Origin: Geosiphon pyriformis uo1
Taxonomy: Eukaryota; Fungi; Glomeromycota
NCBI GenBank assembly: GCA_016748015.1
Contig: JAAOMT010000439.1
Coordinates: forward strand, 703,527 to 767,526
DNA length: 64,000 nucleotides
Reading direction: 5' to 3'
The notes under the pieces are model-generated. The model saw only the letters and a program-made list of their open reading frames with translations, did no database searches and was not told where the DNA came from. The translations under genes were made by a program, and so were the position numbers. Positions 12,401 through 24,432 of this stretch are shown here, piece by piece; the stretch's first letter is position 1, and every line of letters starts with the position of its first letter.

Positions 12401-14088
12401 TCTTTCCAAGGGCCAGACACCAATTTACCAAACAGACAAAGATTCAAAATCACCAAGAGCATATCCAGAACAGACTTATTGCAATGTTTCCAAAGTTCAT
12501 TCGAGATACCAGACAAACCAGCAGCTTTGCCATTAGGCAGTTCAGAAACCATTTCAAAGAATTCATCAAAACCAATTGGGCACATTACACCAGAAAAGGC
12601 TTCATTAAAAACATATTCCAAAGATTGATATTGATGGTGCCAATCAATTGAGATATTATCAGTAACATGACACTTCTTGGTTTATCTTCCCATGATCACA
12701 TCTACCTTAGACTTAACCAGATCAGGCTCCAAAATCAGATCATCATTAACCATCAGATAGTCTAGCACCATTTTACGGAAAGGATGCTCCAGTACACTCC
12801 TGATTATATAACTCTTGTTGACCTTGAAGCCCTCCATTCTCTTATCAATGGCAGACCTGATGTTAGCTTTCTTAGCTCTTAGAGATTCAGCAAGTTTGGA
12901 AGCACAGTAAGACTTTCTAGCACCAAAAAGAGCAGAACAAATATGATCAAAACCAGCTCCAGAGTCTATCAGATTTTGAACAACAGAAGACTTGACATTG
13001 TCCACAGAACTCCAACATTTCATAAGATAAACAAAGTATTCAGTATCTTCTCCACGTAAAACCTTGACAATTTTAGAAACCAAAAGCTCCAATTTATGAA
13101 ACTTTGAAAAATCTTTGGTAAAAACTTCATCAAACCCTCTAAACCACTTTTTTTTGAAAATTTCATTAGCTGAAAGAGTCATAACTTTGTGCACAACACA
13201 CCATATAACATCCAAATCCGAAAATCTTACAGATGTAGTGAATTTATCCAAGAACATTGTAGCATTGGCCAGTATAGAACCTTTAAAATTATTCTATTTA
13301 ATCTTATCAGCACCCTTGAAATTAAACTTTCATCAATTTTTATTCACCTGTTTGTAAAGAGAGTTCAATCTCACATCTAAAAGGCCACTCAAACCCAAAG
13401 AAACAGAAACAGCTTTGTGATCCATATCAAAATAGCCACTGACAATAAAAACATTGCACTGTATTATTGCATTCACCAGATTTGAGGAAACAAACACATA
13501 ATCAATAATCTTGACAACACTCTGAGAATTGCTTTAAGTTGGTGCCTTAGCAAAGGAGCTTCCATCCAAAGAATTAATTAAACTCAAATCATAGCACTTT
13601 TTAAAACTAGCGCACTTATGAGAACCATTTTTATTGAAATCACCACCAAGAATGACAAAAGAAGATTCATTCACAGCTTTTGCAATCAAGGAATTAATTT
13701 TATTAGCCTGGAAAAATCAAGTAGCCAAGGAGGCACCAGCATACAGCCCCAGAATTGAAACCAAAAGTTTATTTTTGAAAAGTAACTTAATGCAGAGAAG
13801 ATGACCTGGGACCTCAGAAACCTTATATACATATTTAGTCAAGAATCTGTTCATAACAATCACGACACCAGCACCCACATAGTCAGAGTCCAAACCAGAA
13901 AAAAACATGTGAACATCATCAAATTTGTCAACCAACCAAGGACAAGCCTTATTTCCTAACTTTGTTTCCGTGAAAATCGAAACTAAATTGTCCATATCTT
14001 TATGCCATCAAACAATATCATTCTGTTTTGCAGGAATGTTCATATCTCTAACATTGTACATAGCAACTCTTCACATGAGATCACTCAT
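9410..14088 (-). pseudogene. LINE ORF2: APE, RT, RNase H and CCHC; many stops
   Basis: Starts MSDLM*RVAMYNVRDMNIPAKQ at 14088. RT fragments at 12100..12621 and 11257..11907. RNase H 'LSMYMDSSLKN..KAGAAAFF...TELQTIVLAL' (10453..10920) and 'HKVKDHSGISENDCTDSIAN' (~10310-10368). Knuckle 'CLYCGKVEVFDHVFSC' (~9905-9952). Stop at 9410-9412. Confidence 0.9.
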
Positions 14089-15830
14089 TAAGAAGAAGTT
14101 AGGGAAGTGGCACCACCAACCAAAGCCAAACTATCAAAGTAAGCAGACAAGCTTAACACAGATCTGGAAAAGCCATCCAGCATTTTTTCCAGTTTGATAA
14201 CATAAGGGAATGCTGTTGAGTCCACAATTGGAACAATCTTGTCACTAGTGGCTTCACTCAAATCCACTTCCATTACTATATCCTTTCCTTGATTCTGTGA
14301 TGGGGGGATCACCAGCAGCTGACATTCAGGGCTAGGCTGGAAAACTGCCAGCACAAGTGACTACAATCTCTTAGCCAACTCACTAATCTGTCTTGTGAGG
14401 CTGACAAGACTGCTTTTAATACCAACCAGATGTGATTCCAAGTTGTCCACAACCAGAGGAAGGGGTTCACTAATTTTATTGAAACCAAGAGACATACCAG
14501 CACCATGAGAAGTGTGCACAAGAGAAGCACCAACTACTGACACCCAAGTTTTACCACCAAAAGCCAAAAGACGAGAAATAGGCACAGACTTTTTCGCATA
14601 AATCCTAGCCAATCTGAACTGGTCTTGAGCCAAAAGGGGAGCCTTTCTGCTGCCTAGAGCCACAACATCCTTAACTGACCAACAATTAAGAGATGTATGA
14701 CCAAAATCTTTGCAAACCACACATGAAGCCTGAGAGAAATGAGACCAATAAAGACCAACACCCTTTATAACTGGAGTTACTGTTATAGCACCAACCAAAT
14801 CTGACTCAGAGTCAAAGCACACAGTAGTATGGTGGGCATGAAAATAACTGACAGAATTATGATCAATGAAGCAGGTCTTCTCACCAACAGAACCAATAAA
14901 ATCTCACAAATCATGAGCAGTAGTTCTCATGAAAAAAATATATAGCAAGGCTCTGAAACTATCTCAGGCATCCCACGACTGTTTGTTGATGTCAGCCCTG
15001 GTCACTCATACTGCATCTTTCCTGATTAGGATAAACTATTTAGCAGCTAACAGATCAGCTTGATTCTGATCTTCCAATTCGATAATCACTTTCTGCCACA
15101 AACCTATCAGTTGCATTTTGATCATCTTAATTACTCCAAATTCGGATACAGCCATACACACAGCCTCCACAAATGTTCTTACTGGGATTTCTTTCATCAC
15201 AATTGCCTAATTCATACAATTGTTATTAGGGCGCTTAAGATTAGTGTTTATCACAATACCACAATCATTTGCCAATTTTGCTGCAGTCATCATTGTCTTA
15301 TTAGAAGTAAAAAAAGCCCGAATTATTCCACCAAATTTTAAGGGGATAGAGGCCCTCCCAAAACCATTCACACCAAAAAAAATTTTTCTGACATAAGCTA
15401 ATTTTTTCTGAGACAACTTGCCAGTCACCACTCTAAGATCAATATCCAGAACAAAAAATTTCCTGACTGAGACCTGTATTGTATGTTTGATAACAATTCT
15501 TTTGGGATCTTTAGACATTATATTAGTATCAACACTATCAGACTCTTCTCTACTTTCTTGTCTAAAGCTAGTTTCTTCCACCAGACACTCTTCCTCTATG
15601 TTAATGCTATCAGACTTAGTGGTGTCACCAGTCTTTGAACTCCATGAACGACTATTCTAAATCTTAGAACTAACAACCTTATTACCAGAACCATTTTCTA
15701 AAGCACCATCTCTCCTCTTCTTCCTTAGAAGAATGAGCTTGAAGCCATCATTAGAACCAGAAACTTTAGCAGTCTTTTTTATAACAACAATACTACAGCC
15801 AACAGTAGTCTTATAGTCAAGAATAAAGGG
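14085..15830 (-). pseudogene. LINE ORF1 of copy 2 (different subfamily from copy 1); start approximate
   Basis: Fragments 15207..15581 ('RKIFFGVNGFGRASIPLKFGGIIRAFFTS' vs copy 1 'RKIFSKINGFGEATTFSKFKGIIRSTFTS'), 14361..14822 and 14088..14354. Confidence 0.82.
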
Positions 15831-16699
15831 TTTGGATTTATCATACTAAATTGTAAAAATAACTTTTTTTTCAAAAAACTTTGACTCTTTTTTGGGATTT
15901 TTGGACAAAGAAAAGAAAGAAGTTTTTTTTATATGTTATAATTTTAATGTTTTTCTTTAATTAATTAATAAACTAAATAAATACAATAAAATAAAATAAA
16001 AATTATAAATAAAAATAGTATTTTTTTAATAATCATAATTAAAAATTATTATTTTAATATTGTTAGTAATTTTAAGTTAATATTATCAATATTTATTATA
16101 TATAAATAAATTTTAATAAATAATAAATAATTTAAATAATAGTTTTATTAAAAAAGTATTTACTTTAAGTATTAAATTTTTAATTATTAAAGTTATTTAA
16201 TAAAAATCAAACTAAACTTAATATTTTTTTTGTTTTTAATATTATTATTATATATATAAATTTTCATAATATAAATTTTTTAAAATTTTTAATAATTTTT
16301 TTACTTTTTTGAATTATTATTAAAATTTTTAAGATTCTTAAAATCTTTTATATTTTTTGGTTTTTTGTTAACTTATAAACTTATATATTAAAAGTGATTT
16401 ATAGTAAATTATTTATAATAGTTTACAAGTATTTTTATAATAAAACTTATTTAAGTGTTTTATATCTGTTGTATAATAATATTAAATTTTTGAATTATGT
16501 ATTTATTTGCAAATTAAATGTGTTTCTGTATTAAAAAAAATATATAATTTATAATAATATCAATATTATTATATTAAAACTTGTTAAATTTATTTAAAGT
16601 TAGTATAGAAAAAAATAATTTAATACTTATATTTAATAAAAATAAATTATAATTTTAAAAAATTTTAAAATTTTTATTTTTATTTTATTTTTGACTTTT

Positions 16700-17105
16700 T
16701 TATTAATAAAAACTTTTTTTTTATATTTTTATAATTATATTTAAAGCAAAAATAAAAAAATTACAATTTTTTTATTTTATAAAATATTTATAATTATTAA
16801 AACTGCTTTTTAATATTTTGTAAAAGTATTTTTTTTTAAATAAAATAACAATAAATTAGTTTTTTGTTAATTTTAAAACACTATTTTTGGTTTTAATTAA
16901 AAAAGTTTATTTCTTTTTAAAAAAAATTATTTAAATTAATTTTTAATATAATTTCTGTTTTTTTTAAGAATTTTAAAGTATTTAATAAGAAATTAATAAT
17001 TCAAATACTTTTTTTTTTGGCTTTTCTGCCAAATTTATATTATTTATACTAATTATAATGCTTAATTTTATTATAATTATAAATAAAAAAAAGTTTTTTA
17101 TTATA

Positions 17106-17146
<41 letters not shown>

Positions 17147-17908
17147 CATGTTAATTAATCTTAATTTATATTAATTTTTGGTTATATTATTAAATATATT
17201 TGGGTTTTAGCCAATTATTACTGATTTTAAAAACAAAACAAATTATATTTTTACATGTAATTTTAATTATTAAATTATTTAATCTTAAAGAAAACTATTA
17301 TTAATTAATAAAAATTTTTTAAATAAATATATTTTATTATAATATTTAGTGTTTTTTTAAGATTAAATTGGCTTATATTAAAATTGTTTTTTAGTTTATA
17401 CATAATTTTATTAATATTAAGTTATTTTGTATAAAGTTTATATTTTAAGTTTTTTTAAATATTATTAATTAAATTCTGTTTATTAATTTTTTGTTTTTTG
17501 TTATTTTAAAAATTGTGAAACCTTTTGTAATATTTATTATTGTTTTTATTTTTGCAGTTGCTTTATATAAAATATTTTTATTTAAGCTTTTATTAATAAT
17601 ATTTTAAATATTTTAAATATTTTTGATAATATTTTCGAAATTAATTTAAAATTTGTTAGTTAATAATAATATATTATTGTGTATTTTAAAAATTCTAAAA
17701 CTGTTAAACTTGTTGTTTAATTTTTATTTAAAAAAACAATATGTAAATCTAATTTTTTGTTAATTAAAAAAAAAACAATATTTTTTAAGATTAAGTTAAT
17801 AAATTTTTTTTTGACTATATAGTTTATAAATTAGTAAATTAGTTTTTAAATTAATAATTATATTTGTTTTATTTTTTAATTTTTTAATTTTGTTTAATAA
17901 TTAAAGTA

Positions 17909-17953
<45 letters not shown>

Positions 17954-18085
17954 TAAAATTTAGATTATTTGATTATTAATAATAAAATGTTTTTTAAAGT
18001 TTTTGTTTAAACTTTTCATTAATTTAAAAATTTTATATTTTATTTTATTAGTATAGAATTTTATATTAAAGCTGTTATTTTTTTA

Positions 18086-18130
<45 letters not shown>

Positions 18131-18420
18131 TTTATAACTGGTTTTAAATTAGCTTTTTTTAAATTTAAACTAACAAAATTAATTTTGTTAATTAGATTTA
18201 TTATTGAATTTATTTATTTTTTTTTATTAAATTTTACAAGTGCAGCCCAATCACTATCTAAATACATAAAATTATATAAGACTCTATATTAAATTTATTA
18301 GTGTTTTGGTTTTTTTAAAAATGTTGTTAATAAGTTAAATAAAAAATCGATTAATTTAAAATAAAAAATAAAATAAAAAATAATAATATAAATATTCTAA
18401 TTGTTGTTGTTAATAAAAAA
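16700..18420 (+). mobile_element. ORF1-only element family, copy C: extremely hypermutated relic on the + strand
   Basis: ATA ATT ATA TTT AAA GCA AAA (16731) corresponds to ATG ACC ACA ACC AAA GCA AAG of copy B. Collinear blocks: 'KNFKVFNKKL' (KSPKVFNNRP), 'FFKIKLAYIKIVF*FIHNF' (~17355; IFKIKLAHVKTVFQSVHGF), 'LFCIKF', 'LKIVKP', 'YIIVYFK', 'FKIKLIN', 'FKLTKLILLIK' (SDLAKLSVLVE). Several short deletions. The 3' end was not resolved. Confidence 0.8.
18215..18286 (-). mobile_element. 72-bp 5'-truncated LINE-family 3'-end insertion inside copy C
   Basis: TTTACAAGTGCAGCCCAATCACTATCTAAA matches the 3' terminus of copy B (TTAACAAGTATGGCCCAACCATTATCTAGA). A T-rich tail lies to the left. Candidate TSD TATTGAATTTATT (18202-18214) / TATTAAATTTATT (18287-18299). 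Confidence 0.65.
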
Positions 18421-19273
18421 ATATTTATTTAAATAATAGTTTTTTGTAAGTTTTAAGTATTTAATATAAAGTTGAATAAAAATAAAACTTTTAAATAAAT
18501 AAATAAATAAATAATATAATTAAAAATAATAATATATTGGTTATTTATATACAAAAATGGTTTTTAAAAATTTTTTTTTTTTAATAGATTTATCTAAAAC
18601 AAATACTTATTTTAAAAAATATTAAAATGTTTTATTATAATAAGTTATAATTGAACTTTATATATTAAATTAAATAAAAACAAAATTATTATTATTATTT
18701 AAAAATAATTTTTAAAATTTATTTTATACAAAATTAAATAAAAATAAAATTAATATATATTTTTAAAAAAATTAAAACCTTTTAATTTTTAATGTAAAAT
18801 TCAAAATAAACAATTAAAATAATATGTTAAAAGTTTTAAAACTGTATTAAAAATTATGTTTTTAATAAAAATCTTAAGATAAAAAAAAGATTAATGAATA
18901 TATTCGATTTTAAAAAAATTTTTATTAAAAAATTTTTAAATATATAAATAAAAAAAAAATTTATATATATAATAATAAATTTTCAAGTTTAAAAAGATTA
19001 TTTATTTAAATAAAGAGTTAAAACTTTTAAGAAAATGTTTTTATGTGATATATAAAAATTAAAAATTTTTATAAAAATCTAAGAAATTTAATTAAATTTA
19101 ATTGTTTTTTTTTATTAAAGTTAATAATTAAGGATAAATTTTGAAAAATAATCTTATAAATAAACTTTTTTAAAACCATTTTTTTTTAAAGTTTCGTGCA
19201 TTCTAAAACTTTAAAAAAAAGTTAAAGTTTTAAATAATGCTTTTAAAAGACTTTTTTTTGTTATAAATATAAC

Positions 19274-19306
<33 letters not shown>

Positions 19307-20283
19307 TTTTTTTTATACTACTATGTAAAATATAAATGATTGCAAAAATTAATAATTTATAACACTTAAATTAAAAATTAAAAATATGTTATTTAATTTG
19401 TTAAATTATAAAATCTTTGTTAATAAAAAGTTCTAATTTTAAACCAAATTAAAAAAGAAAATGTATTTTATTGTATTTACATAATTTAAATTTTTTTATT
19501 TTTGATAATTTACTACCATCCCTTTGTTATTGATATTAAATTTTTATTAGAAATTTACGAGTGTTTAGTGTCACCACAATATACATATGCGACTGCTGAA
19601 TTTTGTGCAAATCACATGGCTGTTTTGTAAGAAGGTTAAAATTTTATTCCCAAAGGTTACCTTAAATTTCCTTACTTGTAAATAATTTCATTTTGCAAAT
19701 TCTAAATTTTCAATTGGCGAAATTCCATTTATTTCTTTGACGTGACACTCACATTGATAATATCTTCTCGATCACCTCTTTGAATTCCTCATTTCTTACA
19801 ACATTCTCAGAATTCGTTGATCATTTTTTATGGAGATTGGCTCGAGGGAAAAAAATGAATAAATAAATTTGATAGATATTAAAAAAATAACATATTAACT
19901 TCTTTAAAGGCATTTGTAAAACTAAAAAATATTTATAAATAAAACATACGGGTGAAACTGAAACATTTCAGTGATTTGAAACAGAAAAAGGGAAACTCAT
20001 TTGAAATTAGAAAGGCTCAGATTCTTTGACTAATTTTTTTAACCTTATTTGACAAAAATATTTATTCATAATAATTTTAAGTATTTTATTTTATTTTTCA
20101 TTCCTCACTTTATATTAGTGTAGGTTTACCCGAATCTAACTGAATAAATAAAGGGTGAATAAACGAAAAATAAACGAAATAAAAACAAAAAAAAAACGAA
20201 ATAAAAATAAAAATAAACGAAATAAAAATAAAAATAAACGAAATAAAATAATAAAAATAAAAATAAAAATAATAATTATAATG

Positions 20284-20374
<91 letters not shown>

Positions 20375-20991
20375 TAATGATAATAATGGAGAACAAGACA
20401 AGTGTAGATTTGGAACTATTTTCAGGTACGTGTATTATGTGTTTAAGATTAACTTTTTTCCAAAGATTCGGCCTAGACATAAATGCATTATTTTATGAAT
20501 ATTTATTATTTTTTTTATTTAAAGGAGATATTAAAAAGTTTCCTTCAATGTATGAATTTTAAGAGTCTCATAATATTTTGAAAATTCTAAAAGAAAAAAT
20601 TTACCATGATCATCCCAATTAAAAACGAAAACGATTAGAATCTGCAAAATCGAAAAGGAGGTGTTCAGGTAAATATCAAACTATTTTTTTTTTGTGGATT
20701 TCTTTTTTAAAACAAGGTTTGATATTATTTTATTTATTTTAAGAAGTTCATTAGAATAATTTTTTTAAAGTTTTTGTTGAAACTCAAGATTTTAGGAGAG
20801 AAAGAATGAAAGAGTGAATGAATGAATGAATGAATGAACGAAATAAAGAAGTTTTATTTTCACAAGATGCTTTTTTTTTAATCGGGGAATTTTCAAATCT
20901 GACAAAAAAAAATCCCTTTTTGTGAAACATTAAAAAAGGCCTAGTTATATGTGTGTCGCCCTAAATGATGATGATGATTCAAAGAATGATG

Positions 20992-21051
<60 letters not shown>

Positions 21052-23135
21052 GATAAGTGAATTAAAAAAGTAACTTTAGTTTTTGATAGTTCTATTCTTT
21101 CATTCATCCATCCATTTATACTTTGGTTCTAATATTGAATTTCTATTTTTATGAAAAATGGAAAACTAGAATCATTGAGTTTAAATCGATTTTTCGTCAA
21201 AGGTAATCCTGGAAACGGTGTTAAATCACAAGCTTTATATATTTATTTATTTATTTATTTATACTCGATTTATTCATTCTCAACTCTTTCTAAACTTTTT
21301 AAATAAAAACCGTGTTAATTTATTTTATTTATTTAAAGATTATTTCAAAAGACTATTTTTTTTTTCTTTAAATGTTTACATTTTATCGGGGGTATAATAT
21401 AATAAGAGGAAATGATTATTGATGGTGATATGAGAAAAGAAATTTGATATATCTAAAAAAAAATCACTAAATGGATATATACATATATATATATATCCAT
21501 TTATTTATTTATTTATTTAATTTTTAAAATGATTGATTGATTAAGTAATTTATATTGAAAAAAATATTACTAATAATACTAATAATATATTTTTATAATA
21601 AAATGATTTTTTATAATATATCATAAACAACACATATTATTTTTAAAAAAAAAATAGTATTTAAGTTTGAATATATGTATCATATATCATGTATCATGTA
21701 TTATTTATTATGTCTTATGTATTATGTATCATGTATTATGTATGATGTATGATGTATTATGTATTTATAATTATTGTTTCATTCAATCCAAGAACTTGAA
21801 TAATATTTAAATTTAATTTCATAGAGAAATCTTTTCTTGATAATAAGTTTTTCGTTTCATACTTAATTGAAGACAAATATAAGAAAAAGAAATACAAATA
21901 TGGGAATAAATTTCGTCTGTTTAAAAAATGGTAATAATAATGAAAAATGATTAATCAAATTTTGCTTAAGATCATCATCATCATCACACTCGAATTTCAA
22001 TTCATTCATCCAACCATCTCATGTATCAATTCATTCATTCATTCATTCATTCATTCATCTATCATCCATCCATGTATCAATTCATTCATTCATTCGTTCC
22101 ATTCATTCAAACATTTACCCCACAAAAATTTCCAAATTTGACCATAATAAAAATAAATTTAAAAAAAGGTTTTAAATTTAATTGGTTAGTTTTATAAATA
22201 AGTGTTTTTTCAAACAGGTTTTCCAAAAAACGAGAAATGAATAGTCAATCTTCCCTGAATGCAAAATTAAATATTTACACATATTTACATATATATATTT
22301 TTTTCATTGTGATTACCGACTATTTTTATACTAGTCTCATTACCCGGAGAAATAACAATGATAAATAAAAGATTTTTAAAATAGAAAAATAGTGTTCAAT
22401 ATTTCCTTTTTTTTGTTGTTTCATCAATTATTATAAATCATTAAATTATTATTACAAAGAATTTAGGGTATGAGTAAAAAAAAACAAAAAAAAAAGGGTT
22501 TTTTGTTAGGACCCTTGACCTTTTGACCTTCTCTCTCTCTGTGTGTGTGTGTGTATCTTCAAAAGTTTTTTTTTTAAATAAGGACATGGTGTTAAGAACG
22601 CAATAGAAATTAACTATTTTATTTTTGAGATCTTTATTTCTGCATCAAGTTTGGTCTGAATACGATACGATACGATACGATACGATACGATACGATATGA
22701 TATGATATGATATGATATGATATGATATGATATGAGAAAAAGGATAAATTCAATTATGGTATAATTTAATTTCAAAAAAGTTGTGTGAGTTTACTTTTTT
22801 AAACATATAATAATAGTGGGTTAATATGATATTTTTCGACCAAAGGAAGCTTTTAATAAAAAATCAATAGTTCTTTTGCAGTTTTTTGTTTTAATAATAC
22901 ACACAGTCAAATTTCAATATGACGGGATGTAATTTTCTTAAATAAATGGATAATTATAGGAATTATCATTTATCTGTGCATAAATGCTAAATACATGCAT
23001 GGAACATAATGATGATTTAAACTTAAAGTAGAGTTTGAAAAGAAATTCCCTTTTAATTTTTTTACTCAAAAGAAACGATGAAACAAAAATTTTAAAAAAA
23101 TTCAAAAGTTTTTTAATTTATAATCGATTGATCTT

Positions 23136-23178
<43 letters not shown>

Positions 23179-23515
23179 CGTAAATGGGTTCACAGGGTAT
23201 ATGTTTCGCATAAAGAACAAGTTTTTTTTTTTTGTTTTTTTTCTTATTGAACACACTAGAAGACCCTAATCACAGGAATTTAAAATAAATATTTATTTTT
23301 CATTGATATCTTTTTTACAAAAAAGGTTATCAGTTTGGGAAAAAATAATTTTTCCTAAAAATTCTTTTTACTATCACTTTTTACTCGAAAGAAAGAACAT
23401 TCGATGAAAAAATTTTATTCATTCCAAAAAGATTTTTCACCTGGTATCTCGGCGGAATTCGCCGTTGATAGACTTTTAAAAAGTTGATGATATTATCAAA
23501 AAAAAAAAAAAAAAA

Positions 23516-23665
23516 NNNNNNNNNNNNNNNNNNNNNNNNNNNNNNNNNNNNNNNNNNNNNNNNNNNNNNNNNNNNNNNNNNNNNNNNNNNNNNNNNNNNN
23601 NNNNNNNNNNNNNNNNNNNNNNNNNNNNNNNNNNNNNNNNNNNNNNNNNNNNNNNNNNNNNNNNN
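23516..23665. other. Assembly gap (N run) between poly-A and poly-T tracts
   Basis: Run of n characters. Confidence 1.
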
Positions 23666-24211
23666 TTTTTTTTTTTTCTTTTTTTTTTTTTTTTAAATAA
23701 TTTCCGATATTTTTAACTTTTTTGGTTGAATTTTTAATTCATGATTCATGATTAATGATTCATAACGATACCTGGAATAAAATAGATAAAAAAAGTGATA
23801 CAAAAAAAAAATGGCTTGTGATTTTTTCTTTTTTGATCATTTTCAGGTTTTCTTGAAATTAAAATGATTATCAGTTTGATGAATTGAATTTACGTTATTT
23901 CACGTGATAATGCAAAAAATTTAAAAAAAAGCAACATTGTACGGTAAATCTAATACAAATAATCTAATAAAAATTTGTAATTCATAAAAAATTCTTTAAA
24001 AAGAAAACAAAATAACAAACGACAACAACGATAACAAAAACAACGACAACGATAACAACAAGGCGTGACAACATGAAAATCCAGTCAAAATTTAACGTTT
24101 GAAACAAACGGCAAAAAAAAAAAGCATGTCAACAGAGATATGTCATTACCCCTAAAAAAAAACCTTAAAAAACTAATCTATTAATTTTTGAAATCTCTAT
24201 TGCTTTACCTT

Positions 24212-24303
24212 TTACTTGCCTGATTCTTTGCTTATTTCTTACTTGCCTGATTCTTTGCTTACTTCTTACTTGCTTGATTCTTTGCTTACTTCTTACTTGC
24301 CTA
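24212..24303. repeat. 27-bp minisatellite, about 3.3 copies
   Basis: TTACTTGCCTGATTCTTTGCTTA(T/C)TTC repeated in tandem. Confidence 0.9.
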
Positions 24304-24381
24304 CTTATTTGTAAGGATAGAATTTCATGATAAGAATTGAATTTGAAATTTTCCTAAAAAAAACTCAAACTCACAAAAAAA

Positions 24382-24432
<51 letters not shown>

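Larger units (their letters stand above)
9277..15932 (-). mobile_element. Full-length decayed LINE copy 2 (~6.66 kb) with RNase H and a 14-bp TSD
   Basis: TSD ATGTTATAATTTTA at 9263-9276 and 15933-15946. (TAAA)n tail at 9277-9293 and 3' UTR at 9294-9409. ORF1 with CX2CX4HX4C 'CVVCKDFGHTSLNC'. ORF2 with APE, RT ('AGAFVDDTIWVG'), RNase H and a C-terminal knuckle. Confidence 0.95.

Noticed and set aside
1651-15660. Numerous plus-strand ORFs over the LINEs (also 42077-43945)
   Set aside because: Antisense shadows of the minus-strand retroelement frames.
20136-20562. Poly-Ile ORFs on both strands
   Set aside because: Translations of (AAT)n and A-rich microsatellites; no coding signal.
23450-23466. 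GC-rich hairpin CGGCG-GAATT-CGCCG beside the gap
   Set aside because: Only a 5-6 bp stem, expected by chance.
23484-23696. 70-aa ORF
   Set aside because: Spans the N gap.
24212-24303. CRISPR-like appearance of 27-bp repeats (also 24-bp repeats at ~37000-37105)
   Set aside because: Direct tandem units with no spacers, eukaryotic context and no cas genes.
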